Shown: positions 27,997 to 37,643, numbered from the stretch's first letter. The stretch is DNA of 64,000 nucleotides from an uncultured delta proteobacterium (GCA_963826785.1 CAWGYD010000001.1:512001-576000), one strand, 5' to 3'. A program made the numbers and translations. The notes: generated by a model from the sequence alone, not told the origin.

Positions 27997-28037
27997 GCAA
28001 CTTTGACGATTTGCGTCGTCAAATTAGCCGGTTATGA

Positions 28038-28235
28038 TTATAAAGTTCTGCCGAAATCGTCTACTTCTCTTTCAGCTTTTTCCCTTGCCATTCCATACTT
28101 TTCCTGGATTTTGCCGATGAGCTCTTCACGTTTTCCCTCAACCACATCGAGATCGTCATCCGTAAGCTTGCCCCATTTCTGCCGGGCTTTGCCCTTCGTC
28201 TGTTTCCAGTTTCCCTTGATCTGATTCCAATCCAT
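28038..28235 (-). CDS. csbD: CsbD/YjbJ-family stress protein
   Basis: MDWNQIKGNWKQ.KGK...KWGKLTDDDL....GKRE.L.GKIQEKYG. Confidence 0.93.
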   Translation of the reverse strand: MDWNQIKGNWKQTKGKARQKWGKLTDDDLDVVEGKREELIGKIQEKYGMAREKAEREVDDFGRTL

Positions 28236-28508
28236 AGTGCAAATCTCCTTCCTTTGGGTTTAATCGCAGGGTTTCTGATAGGGTAAAATACGCTGCATCA
28301 CTAACTTAAAGTCTAACTTGGGATCGTCGAAAAACAATGGAGGAAATCTTGTATTTTGGCCTCCCGGCCCCATGCAGAAACGGTATTTTCGATGGTACGT
28401 GCTTCCGGTCCTGCTCGTGAACGTGATCGCCGGTTTCTTACTGCAAAAACGCCGCGCAGCGAAGTAGATGGCTTTATACCAGGAGACAATCCGGGGGAAC
28501 CAGGCCGT

Positions 28509-31500
28509 TTATACCGGCCGGACCGCTTCCGCATTCAGGGTGACCGCCCCCCAGTTTTCATCGACTTTGCCCGAGAGCAGAAACGGCCGGCCGTAATCCA
28601 GGATATGGCAGAAGCGATTGTAGATTTTGGGAAAGAGGACGGTTTCCACGATGCCGGTCTCATCCTCGAAGGTGACGAACTTCATGGGGTCGCCCTTGGC
28701 AGTGAGCACGGTCTTGCCGGTGATGAGCCACCCGGCGAATTGCACGCGGCGGCCCAGGTGTTTGGGGATGGCATCGGCCCTGGTAAGATTCAGCGGTTTT
28801 AAGCGGTCTTCAAACAGGGTCATGGGGTGGCAGGCACATAGAAACCCCAGCACGGCAAATTCGTACCGCAGCCGGTTTTGGGGGTCGTCTTCGGGGAGAT
28901 CGGGCATAGCCGCGGGGGCGCAATCGGAAAACAAGGACAGGTTGGTGTTTTTTGGGGCGCGCGCTTTTTGCCATTTTGAAAACTGCCACAGGAGTGCGGC
29001 CCGGTGTTTCCGAGATGAAAACCGGTCCAGGGCGCCGGAGTGAATCAGGGCCCTGGCTTCGGTCTCATCGGGCCGGACCCGCGCAAAGAAATCATCCGCG
29101 CTTTTAAACGCCTCTTTTTCCCGTTCCTCGATGATGCGCTCCCGGCAGGCCGCGGAGAGATCTTTAATGGACAGAAACCCCACCCGCAGGGTGCGGTCAC
29201 AGCCCATCCAGCGGGTGCGGCTTTGCTGAACATCCGGTCCCAGGATGGTGATCCCCAAACGCCGGGCCTCGGACACGTAGGCAAACGCGGAGTAAAACCC
29301 GCCCTGGTTGCTGATGACCGCGGCCATGAACTCGGCCGGGAAATGGGTCTTCAGATACGCGGCCTGGAAGGAGACCCGGGCATAGGAGGCGCTGTGGGGC
29401 TTGCAGAAGGAATAGCCGTTAAAGCTCATGATCATCTTCCAGATCTGTTTGATCTGATGGTCACTCACCCCACGGGCGCGGGCCCCGGCAACAAACCGGC
29501 CCAGGTAGTCGCGCAGCTGGTGCTCCCGGTCTTTTTTCGACATGACCTTGCGCAGGCCGTCGGCTTCCGCGTGGGAAAACCCGGCCAGCGCCACGGCCAC
29601 CCGGGAGACATCCTCCTGGTAGACCATCAGGCCGAACGTCTCGGAAAGCACGTCGTTTAACAGGGGGTGGATCGCCTCCCAGGCGCCGCCGTGGAGCCGG
29701 CGAAGATACTCCTGGATCACGTCGTTGGCCGCCGGCCGGATAATGGAGGAGTGGATGACCAGGTGCTCGAAGTCGCCCACCCCGGACTTTAGCTGCAAAA
29801 GCCGCGTGGCCGGGCTTTCGATGTAGAAGCACCCCATGGTCCCGCCCCTGGCCAGCGACTCCTGGGTGGCAAAATCGTCTTCGGGCGCCCAGCGGCGCTC
29901 ATCGAGTTCGCGCCCGTTTTCGCGCAAATTGGAAATGGCATCCCGGATCACCCCCAGGCTGCGGTTGCCTAAAAGATCGATCTTGACCAGGCCGGCGTCC
30001 TCGGCGGCATCCTTTTCCCACTGGATGATGGGGACCCCCTTGGGTGCGGTCTGCACCGGCACATAGGTGTCGATGGGATTGGGCGTGATCACCACCCCGC
30101 CGGGATGGACGGAAAGATGCCGGGGCAGGCCGATGATCCGCTGGGCGATGGACAGGATCTCCGGCCAGGGGTGGGGAAAATCGATCCCCCGCATCTGCGG
30201 CAGGGCGGCGATCCGTTCCTGAAAGTCCTGGTCGGATTCCTCCATGCGCCACAGCCAGGGAAGGCGTTTTGCCACCTGGTTGATCTCGGCATCGGTCAGG
30301 CCGAAGACTCTCGCGGTCTCGCGCACGGCCATGCGGGGCTGAAAGCAGACATGGTTTGAAACGAGTGCGGCCCGGCCCGCAAATTTCTGCAATACGCCCG
30401 CAATCACGTGATCGCGCTCGTCCCAGGCAAAGTCCACGTCGATATCCGGCGGATCGGTGCGGCCGGGGTTTAAAAACCGCTCGAAATAGAGGTTGTGCTT
30501 GACCGGGCAGACATTGGTGATCCCCAGGCAGTAGGCCACCAGCGAGGCCGCCCCCGATCCCCGGCCGCAGGTGCGGGGGCTTCTGGCCACAATGTCGGCC
30601 ACGATGAGAAAATAGGCATCAAACCCCATCTGGGAAATGATGGCCAGTTCATGCTCCAGCCGGTCGGCCACGGTTTCCGATATCTCGCCGTAGCGTTTGC
30701 GGGCCCCCGTATAGGCGGCCTGGCGCAGGTGGGTTGCGGCATGCTTTGGATCGCCCGTTTCATAGGGCGGCATGACAATGCCGAAATCCGGCCGGGAAAA
30801 AGTGATCCGTTCGGCCAGTTTACGGGTGTTCTCGATGGCCTCGGGGCAGACGGAAAAGCGCTTTTCGTATTCGGCCGGGCCGGCCAGATACGCATCGGGG
30901 GGCGCGGCGTCCCCGGGCCGGAGGCGGGAGATCGCCGTATTTTGATCGATGGCCCTCAGCACCCGATGAATGTCAATCTCTTCGGGTGCTAAAAAGAAAC
31001 TCCCCGGGGTGGCCACCAGGGGGATGCCCAGTTGCCTGGCCGTTTGCCGCAGGGGGTGGATGCCGGACACGGGTTTTCGGGGCATGGCCGCGGCCGTATC
31101 CACCCCGGCCGCATGCCAGGCGCACAGCCATTCCGGGTTGGAAGTGAGCACGATCAGGCCACGGTGAAATCGGGTGACGGCGGTCTTCAGGTCAAAACCG
31201 GCATCCCTGTGGCGGCGGGTCAGCAGTTGGCAGAGATGTCCGTACCCGACCGCGTCCTTGACCAGGCAGACGGCCCGGAAGGCGGATTGGGGATCGGTGA
31301 CCTCAGCTCCGACAACCGGCCGGATCCCTTCGCGTTCGCAGGCATTCAGAAAGGGCCACAGGCCGTAGAGGTTGTCCGTGTCGGTCAGGGCCAGCCGGTC
31401 ATAGCCGAGCCTGCGGGCATGGCGGCACAGGGCCTTGATGTCCGCAGTCCCCCACATCAGGGAGTATGCGGATCGGACGGCAAGAGGGAGTAGGCTTTTT

Positions 31501-31526
31501 TCATTCACAATCGGTCGTTTTTTCAT
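28509..31526 (-). CDS. dnaE2: error-prone DNA polymerase III alpha-like (DnaE2-type)
   Basis: GRGSGAASLVAYCLGIT, LYFERFL, PDIDVDF, KIDLLG and GYSFCKPHS; C-terminal OB fold (FVTFEDETG); start uncertain (ATG 31526 or GTG 31508). Confidence 0.9.
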   Translation of the reverse strand: MKKRPIVNEKSLLPLAVRSAYSLMWGTADIKALCRHARRLGYDRLALTDTDNLYGLWPFLNACEREGIRPVVGAEVTDPQSAFRAVCLVKDAVGYGHLCQLLTRRHRDAGFDLKTAVTRFHRGLIVLTSNPEWLCAWHAAGVDTAAAMPRKPVSGIHPLRQTARQLGIPLVATPGSFFLAPEEIDIHRVLRAIDQNTAISRLRPGDAAPPDAYLAGPAEYEKRFSVCPEAIENTRKLAERITFSRPDFGIVMPPYETGDPKHAATHLRQAAYTGARKRYGEISETVADRLEHELAIISQMGFDAYFLIVADIVARSPRTCGRGSGAASLVAYCLGITNVCPVKHNLYFERFLNPGRTDPPDIDVDFAWDERDHVIAGVLQKFAGRAALVSNHVCFQPRMAVRETARVFGLTDAEINQVAKRLPWLWRMEESDQDFQERIAALPQMRGIDFPHPWPEILSIAQRIIGLPRHLSVHPGGVVITPNPIDTYVPVQTAPKGVPIIQWEKDAAEDAGLVKIDLLGNRSLGVIRDAISNLRENGRELDERRWAPEDDFATQESLARGGTMGCFYIESPATRLLQLKSGVGDFEHLVIHSSIIRPAANDVIQEYLRRLHGGAWEAIHPLLNDVLSETFGLMVYQEDVSRVAVALAGFSHAEADGLRKVMSKKDREHQLRDYLGRFVAGARARGVSDHQIKQIWKMIMSFNGYSFCKPHSASYARVSFQAAYLKTHFPAEFMAAVISNQGGFYSAFAYVSEARRLGITILGPDVQQSRTRWMGCDRTLRVGFLSIKDLSAACRERIIEEREKEAFKSADDFFARVRPDETEARALIHSGALDRFSSRKHRAALLWQFSKWQKARAPKNTNLSLFSDCAPAAMPDLPEDDPQNRLRYEFAVLGFLCACHPMTLFEDRLKPLNLTRADAIPKHLGRRVQFAGWLITGKTVLTAKGDPMKFVTFEDETGIVETVLFPKIYNRFCHILDYGRPFLLSGKVDENWGAVTLNAEAVRPV

Positions 31527-31530
31527 CTTT

Positions 31531-32748
31531 TCATGATGCCATTGCCCGCCCCATGTGTATGCTGTCCGGGCCGAACCGATCCCGGATGCGGTCCATGGCA
31601 TTTATCATCGAGGCGCGTTTTTGAAAGATCTGTCCGGGTTCGGGGAAAAGCGCCATCTGGGCGGGCGGGAATACCGGCCGGGGGCAGGTCAGGCCGATGT
31701 GGCGCAGTCGCACCCGCCGGGTCCAGGCCTTGTACAGGATGGACCGTGCGGATTCAAACAGGGTGATATCGTCGGCCGACGGCCGGACAAGCTTTGCCTG
31801 CCCGAACCGGCGCAGTCCGTCGGAGTGGTCCAGCACGATGGAAAGCACCGCCGCCGTCTTGCCCTGCTGCCGCAGCGCGGCGCCAATCGTCTCCACCAGC
31901 AGGTATACCGCCCGTTCCACGGTGGGTACATCATTGGTGTCATTGCCGAATTCATGACCGGCGGTGACCTTCGGCGGCTTCTGCCCGGCGGGCAGCACCG
32001 GCGCGGCATCTATTCCCCGCACCGTGTCAAAGATATATCCGGCCCGGCGGCCGAAGGGGATTTCCAGCTGGGGTAGGGTCAGGCCGGCCACCTGGCGCAC
32101 CAGAGCCAGGTTGAGCTCCCGCAGCCGGGACAGGTCGGCAGGCTCGATGCCCGGGAGCAGGAAGACGGGGAGGGGGGCCAGAAAATCCGACTCCTCTCCG
32201 GCGCCCACGATGTATTCGCCTATGGGCTTGACCAGCCGGGTGGCCACCTTGGAGACCAGTTTGTTGGGGGCCACCGACCAGATGGGGGCCAGCGCCAGCC
32301 GATTCCTGATTTGCCGGTACATGCGCCAGGCCACGTCCACCGGCGGCCCGAACAGGCGGCTGGTGCCGGTCACATCGATGAAGAGATGCCCGTCGGCATC
32401 CCCCGGCTCGATCAGCGGGGAAAAGGCGAGCACTTCACCGAGCACATCGGCCATGGCCTGTTCATAGCGGGCCGGGTGGGGCGGCAGCACGGCGGCATCT
32501 TTGCAGCAGCGCAGGGCCCGCCGCAGGGGCATTGTTTTCCGCACCCCGGCCCGAAAGGCCTCTTCGCTCATGTCATACACCACCGCCCGGGCCGCTCCTT
32601 CCGGGGCGATAATCACCGGCCGGTCCTTGAGGCGGCGATCCACCAGGCGCTCCACGGCCACGGCAAAATCGGCGATGTTGAGGTGGACGACGGTGCGGGG
32701 GCGGTGCGGACGCATCCAAGCGGTGCGAGATTTTTCATTCAAAAACAT
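31531..32748 (-). CDS. Y-family polymerase homolog, likely catalytically inactive (ImuB/DinB-like)
   Basis: HLNIADFAVAVER, RPVII, S.EA.RAGV...MP, NKLVSKVA and LPV.LLPGI; clamp motif QMALF; C-terminal AMDRIRDRFG. Confidence 0.85.
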   Translation of the reverse strand: MFLNEKSRTAWMRPHRPRTVVHLNIADFAVAVERLVDRRLKDRPVIIAPEGAARAVVYDMSEEAFRAGVRKTMPLRRALRCCKDAAVLPPHPARYEQAMADVLGEVLAFSPLIEPGDADGHLFIDVTGTSRLFGPPVDVAWRMYRQIRNRLALAPIWSVAPNKLVSKVATRLVKPIGEYIVGAGEESDFLAPLPVFLLPGIEPADLSRLRELNLALVRQVAGLTLPQLEIPFGRRAGYIFDTVRGIDAAPVLPAGQKPPKVTAGHEFGNDTNDVPTVERAVYLLVETIGAALRQQGKTAAVLSIVLDHSDGLRRFGQAKLVRPSADDITLFESARSILYKAWTRRVRLRHIGLTCPRPVFPPAQMALFPEPGQIFQKRASMINAMDRIRDRFGPDSIHMGRAMAS

Positions 32749-32762
32749 AGTGCAAAGGTATT

Positions 32763-33064
32763 GGGTGATGGAATTAATGGAGTGATGGAATAATGGAATA
32801 TTGGGAGGACTGAATCGTTTGATCCATTACTCCACTATCTGTTTATCCAGTTGGCTCAAGTTGGGCTTAAACACAGCCAATTTAATCATGATACTTGGAT
32901 TCTCGCCTTCGCGGGAATGACGTAATCTTTAGTTAATGGTCATACCCGCGAAGGCGGGTATCCAGTTAAGTTGATAATTAATTTAGATGCTTGCGCCATT
33001 ACTGTGTCGAAGTGGATAACCATTTTCCATCATTCCATCATTCCATTATTCCACTCTTCCATTC
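32763..33064. repeat. inverted octamer arrays enclosing a GTCAT-type REP pair
   Basis: (GGARTRAT)n at 32763-32806, (CCATYATT)n at 33020-33064, REP arms at 32896-32921 and 32939-32964. Confidence 0.75.
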
Positions 33065-33080
33065 GTGATGTTGCGATTTG

Positions 33081-33932
33081 TCATGCATTTTCGGCCAATT
33101 TTTCATCGCTTTCCCCTTCCTTCATCAACCCCGCACTTTTCAGCAGCCGGATCATCATCTGCGCGTTTCGCGGGGCCTGGGCCCGGACATGATTGTTGAA
33201 AAACACCATGCCGGTGTCGGCCTGGCGGGCCATTTGGCCGATTCGATCGACCCAGGAGTTGAGTTCGGCATCCGTGTAATCGTAATCAAACTGTTTCTGC
33301 ATGCTGCCGGAGCGCCATCCCGCGGCATTCCGGCCGTGAAACCGGATATAGAAAAAATCCGGGCAGGTCACCACCTCAAGCGGCGGAAACAGCCCCGGAA
33401 GAGCAGGTTCATCCACCGCCGCCAGGGCGATCCTTCGCCGGGAAAGCTCGTCAAACACCCGGTCTGACGCCCAGGCGGCATGCCGGAACTCCACGGCCAC
33501 CGGCAGCCCTTCCAGTTGATCCAGCAGGGCGGCCAGGTAGAGCCGGTTTTGCCGGGAGCGGTCAAACGAGGGCGGCAGCTGCACCAGCACGGCCGCCAAT
33601 TGCCCGGCCTGGAGGAGGGGGGCGATGCCGTCCCGGAAGGCGGCCGCCTGGCTGCGCCACTGGTCCGGCTCGATCTCGTGGGTCATGGTGCGGGTGAGTT
33701 TGGCGGCAAAGGAAAAACCGGGACCGGCCATCTGCCGCATCCGTTCGATGGAGGATGCCTTGGGCATCTGGTACCAGGTATAGTTTAACTCGGTGATGTC
33801 GAACAGGCCGGCATAGTGTGCCAGCATGCGGGCCGCGGGAGTGCCCGGCGGGTAAAAGCCGGCATCGATCCATTCGGTGTAGGAATACCCGCTGGTCCCC
33901 ACCCGCAGCCGGCATGTGGATGAAAGCGTCAT
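33081..33932 (-). CDS. DUF72 (YecE-like) TIM-barrel protein
   Basis: VGTSGYSY.EW, ELNYTWYQMP, QLPPSF, AVEFRH..W, YIRFHGRN, DYDY...EL..W and FFNNH. Confidence 0.92.
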   Translation of the reverse strand: MTLSSTCRLRVGTSGYSYTEWIDAGFYPPGTPAARMLAHYAGLFDITELNYTWYQMPKASSIERMRQMAGPGFSFAAKLTRTMTHEIEPDQWRSQAAAFRDGIAPLLQAGQLAAVLVQLPPSFDRSRQNRLYLAALLDQLEGLPVAVEFRHAAWASDRVFDELSRRRIALAAVDEPALPGLFPPLEVVTCPDFFYIRFHGRNAAGWRSGSMQKQFDYDYTDAELNSWVDRIGQMARQADTGMVFFNNHVRAQAPRNAQMMIRLLKSAGLMKEGESDEKLAENA

Positions 33933-34567
33933 CTGGAGAGCCTCTGCATCACATCCGGTCCGCGGTGGATGCCGATGACCTTTCCCTGCACCAGGATTTC
34001 GTCAAAGGCGTATGATCTGGCTTCAAAGGCGGGGTTTTCCGGCTGCAGCACGATGCTCCCGGCGCGCAGAAAAAATCGTTTGACGGTGGCCTCGTCATTG
34101 CCGATCAGCGCCACCACGATTTCCCGGTCACGGGCATACTGCCGGGGTTCGCATATGGCCAGGTCCCCGTCCAGGATGCCGGCATTGATCATGGAATCCC
34201 CCTGGACCCGAAGGGCAAACAGGTTTTCGCCCTTGTACAGGTCCGAATCGACCACGATGCTTCCTTCCCATTCCTGCTGGGCATACATGGGCAGGCCCGC
34301 GGTGACCCGGCCCACCACGGGCACGTTTCGCCACCGGTGGATGCCCGCCAGCTGGCCCGGAGCGTCGATCAGGTAGATCCTGCGCCGGTAGCGCCCTTCG
34401 CGTTTGATCAGGCCCGCTTTTTCCAGGATTTTCAATGTCTGGGCCACGGCGGTGTGGCTGATGTCAAGGTCCTGGGCCGTCTGGCGCAGGGACGGTGAGG
34501 CGCCGGTATGGGCAATCTGTTCCTTGAAATAATCCAGAAGCCGTTGTTGTTTGGATGTCAAAGACAT
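33929..34567 (-). CDS. lexA: LexA repressor
   Basis: LTSKQ..LL, SPSLR HTH, VGRVTAGLP (Ala-Gly cleavage site), GDSM (Ser) and ATVKRF (Lys); ATGA overlap with DUF72. Confidence 0.93.
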   Translation of the reverse strand: MSLTSKQQRLLDYFKEQIAHTGASPSLRQTAQDLDISHTAVAQTLKILEKAGLIKREGRYRRRIYLIDAPGQLAGIHRWRNVPVVGRVTAGLPMYAQQEWEGSIVVDSDLYKGENLFALRVQGDSMINAGILDGDLAICEPRQYARDREIVVALIGNDEATVKRFFLRAGSIVLQPENPAFEARSYAFDEILVQGKVIGIHRGPDVMQRLSR

Positions 34568-34626
34568 GTGCAAGGGTCTCCTTCGTGCATGGTGATCAAT
34601 CCGGAAAAACCATAATTGCAAAAAAT

Positions 34627-34667
34627 GTAAATGTCAAAGTAAAGGTTTTGTAAAGCTTAATGTAAAG
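34627..34667 (-). promoter_or_regulatory. four phased GTAAA(G) direct repeats upstream of lexA, candidate operator
   Basis: GTAAA at 34627, 34639, 34650 and 34662 (11-12 bp period). Confidence 0.5.
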
Positions 34668-34835
34668 ACCGTCAACAATAACACTTGACTTTAAATTCAA
34701 AGTCCTTATCATGTTTTGCATTCTTAAAGGCCGGTTTGAAAGACCGGTGCATTTCTTTCCCAAGGCACACCTGTTTACCTAGTGGCGCCCTAAAGATTGA
34801 AGAAAAAGAAAATCTTATGAAAGGAGAACGTCACG

Positions 34836-35039
34836 ATGGCAAACGGAACAGTGAAGTGGTTTAACGAAAAAAAGGGCTATGGTTTCATTGAGGCGGAAGA
34901 TGGAAAGGATGTATTCGTTCATCATTCCGGCATCAACGCTACGGGCTTTAAAACGCTGAACGAGGGCGATTCCGTAACCTTTACCGTTGAGCAGGGTCAA
35001 AAAGGCCCTTCTGCAGTAAACGTTACCGTATTAGGCTGA
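34836..35039 (+). CDS. cold-shock protein (CspA family)
   Basis: [22 protein letters not shown] and GQKGP.A.NV. Confidence 0.96.
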   Translation: MANGTVKWFNEKKGYGFIEAEDGKDVFVHHSGINATGFKTLNEGDSVTFTVEQGQKGPSAVNVTVLG

Positions 35040-35052
35040 TCGGCTTACCAAA

Positions 35053-35086
35053 AGGCACCCTCGAATTTTCGGGGGATGCCTTTTTT
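35053..35086 (+). terminator. rho-independent terminator after csp
   Basis: AGGCACCCTCGA...TCGGGGGATGCCT hairpin followed by a T-run. Confidence 0.75.
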
Positions 35087-35369
35087 CTTGATATTGCAAA
35101 CGTCCCGCTCAGCCCGAACCCTTGTCAAATTATGCATGCCTGCGCGAAATTTTATCCGCCGTGCAGGCAATGATAATGCCGTTACCGTTACCCGTGGGTA
35201 GCTGCATCTGTGCTGAAAGGGGGTTGTTCAGGTCATTTCGTTTTGCATTCAAACGGGCATGGAACCGGCGGCAAAAGCCTGTGAACTGCCCGTCATTCAA
35301 TGACCGGCTCCGGCCGCGTTCGAATGCAAAGGAATATGCCGCGGAGACATAAAAAAAAGAAAGGATTTA

Positions 35370-35660
35370 ATGATGAAGATATATGTGGGCAACCTGCCTT
35401 ACAATATCACGGATGAAAGCCTGGAGGCGATGTTCTCCGAATTTGGTACCGTTGAAAATATTAAACTGGTGATGGACCGATTCTCAGGACGGCCGAAGGG
35501 GTTCGGGTTTCTGGAAATGCCGGACAATTCAGAAGCCGATAAAGCCATGAAGGCATTGAACGGCAAGCAGATGGACGGACGCGCCATCAAGGTCAACCAG
35601 GCCAACCCCGAAGGCAAGAAGCAGAAAAAAACCCGCCGCCGGGGGGGAGGATTTAGATAG
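35370..35660 (+). CDS. RRM (RNP) RNA-binding protein
   Basis: IYVGNL (RNP2), KGFGFLEM (RNP1) and GRAIKVNQA. Confidence 0.93.
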   Translation: MMKIYVGNLPYNITDESLEAMFSEFGTVENIKLVMDRFSGRPKGFGFLEMPDNSEADKAMKALNGKQMDGRAIKVNQANPEGKKQKKTRRRGGGFR

Positions 35661-35834
35661 TCCAGTCGCACGCCGGGCGCCGATATCGCTGATAAAAGAG
35701 ATGGGGCCCGCCGGGCAATGACTTCGATTATTCAAGCTTGATGGGGCTTTTTGCCCCATAGAGACAGGAAATTCCAGGAGGAGAGGGTTTTGGTAAAACC
35801 GGCTTCCTGAAATTTCCTGTTTTTTTTGACTGGA

Positions 35835-37604
35835 TCAGTTTTTTATGGCGCTCACGGTTTCCTGGCCAGAGTAAAACCGGTCTTTGTCGGCAACAGATGG
35901 TTTTTCCACCAGGTAACGGCCTACGGCCATATATTTCAAACCGGATCTGGAAAATACGTCCATGGCATCCGCCGGGGAACAGACGATGGGATATCCGTGC
36001 AGGTTGAAAGAGGTGTTCAGCACGCCCCCGATGCCCGACATCTGGTGGAAAATCGAAATCAGCCGGTAGTAGGACGGATTCATGCGTTCCGAGACCACCT
36101 GCGGCCGGATGGTAAAATCATAGGGGTGGCAGGCGGCAATGATTTTTTGCACATTGCCGTTGGTATTGAAACTCAGAATCATGTATGGCGCGCTGATTTT
36201 TTTGGGATTCATGAAATATTCGGTTTGCCGGTCGGACAGGATGGAGGGCGCAAAGGGCATCCAGAAATCGCGGTTCTTGATGATGTCGTTGATGGTTCGG
36301 ATGCTGTCGCGGTCGGACGGGTTTGCCAGGATGGAGCGGTTCCCCAGCGCCCGGGCGCCGAATTCCATCCGGCCTTCAAATCGCGCCACCACTTCTCCCC
36401 GGTTCAGCAACCCGGCCACTTCCGTTTCGATATCGCTGCAGGATCGATAGGAAAACGAATGCTGCTTCAAGACGGATGCGATCTGGTCATCGCTGAATTC
36501 AGGCCCGTAGCAGAATGAATCCAGATGCTGCAGTTTAACGGGCGCTCCCTGCCTTGTTTTTTCCTGTGCATACTGTAAAAAAGCCGCACCCATCGCATTC
36601 GATTCATCCCCGCAGGATGGAAATACGAACAGGGAATCGACTTCGTCGAGTTCCATGATCCGCTTGTTGGCTTTTACGTTCATGAAGACGCCGCCGCCCA
36701 GTGCGACTTTGCGTATGCCGGTAGCCTGGATGCTGTTTTGCACCCACCGGACCAGAAAATCTTCGGTAAAATCCTGGACCGCCCCGCAGATCCAGTCAAA
36801 CCGTTGTGCTTCCGTCAGCTTTTGCAAAAAACGGTAGCTGTATTGCGCGTGGGGACACCCGCCGGCCCGATGCCAGGTCATCCCGCCGGTGGATGGATCA
36901 AATACCAGCAGCCTTTCAAATTTATGCTGCAGCTGCCGGTGCTTTTCACTCGAAGAATACGGCGCCATCCCCATGACTTTATATTCATGTTCTTCCGGGA
37001 TCATACCCAGAAGCGCGGTGATCATGGAATAGATATATCCGATGGATTCGCTCACGGAAACCGCATGCAAACGGCTGATTTTTCCATTTCTGCCGATGGA
37101 GACCGTGGCGCAGAGGTCGTCTCCGCCGGCATCGTTGGTCAAGATCAGCACCGGTTCGTCCCGCCACCAGGGCGAGCCAAAGTAAGCGGCGGCGGCATGG
37201 CAAAGGTGATGATCGTATGATACGATTTTTTCAGCCGAAAACCCGAGGCGCACCGCCTGCTGCAGCCGTTTTCTGTTGCGCGAGCGGGCGTAAAATGAAA
37301 ACACCGGCGTCTTCTTGAGCGCCCTTTTCAGATGGGTCTGTATTGCGGCCGAATCGATATATTCCCGTCTGATTTCATCCCGGTTCTTGTTTGCGGGCAT
37401 GTATCGGCTGGAAAATACGAGATGATCGATATCCTTTGGCGTAAGCCCGCTATGGCTGAAGATGGATTGAATGGCCTGCCGGGGAAAGGTGGAATGGTTT
37501 TTGATCCGGGACAGCCGCTCCTCCTGGATGGCAAATTCTATTTTTCCTTCCCGCAAAAGGCATGCGGACGCGCTGTGACCGTCGTGAATGCCGATAATGT
37601 CCAT
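35835..37604 (-). CDS. carbamoyltransferase (NodU/CmcH family)
   Basis: HDGHSASA, EERLSR.K, HHLCHAA, GGGVFMNVK.N, EFGARALGNRS, R.FWMPFAP and LNTSFN.HG.P. Confidence 0.92.
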   Translation of the reverse strand: MDIIGIHDGHSASACLLREGKIEFAIQEERLSRIKNHSTFPRQAIQSIFSHSGLTPKDIDHLVFSSRYMPANKNRDEIRREYIDSAAIQTHLKRALKKTPVFSFYARSRNRKRLQQAVRLGFSAEKIVSYDHHLCHAAAAYFGSPWWRDEPVLILTNDAGGDDLCATVSIGRNGKISRLHAVSVSESIGYIYSMITALLGMIPEEHEYKVMGMAPYSSSEKHRQLQHKFERLLVFDPSTGGMTWHRAGGCPHAQYSYRFLQKLTEAQRFDWICGAVQDFTEDFLVRWVQNSIQATGIRKVALGGGVFMNVKANKRIMELDEVDSLFVFPSCGDESNAMGAAFLQYAQEKTRQGAPVKLQHLDSFCYGPEFSDDQIASVLKQHSFSYRSCSDIETEVAGLLNRGEVVARFEGRMEFGARALGNRSILANPSDRDSIRTINDIIKNRDFWMPFAPSILSDRQTEYFMNPKKISAPYMILSFNTNGNVQKIIAACHPYDFTIRPQVVSERMNPSYYRLISIFHQMSGIGGVLNTSFNLHGYPIVCSPADAMDVFSRSGLKYMAVGRYLVEKPSVADKDRFYSGQETVSAIKN

Positions 37605-37643
37605 TTCGACCTCCTGTCTGTTCGTGCCGATGCAATGCGCGCT

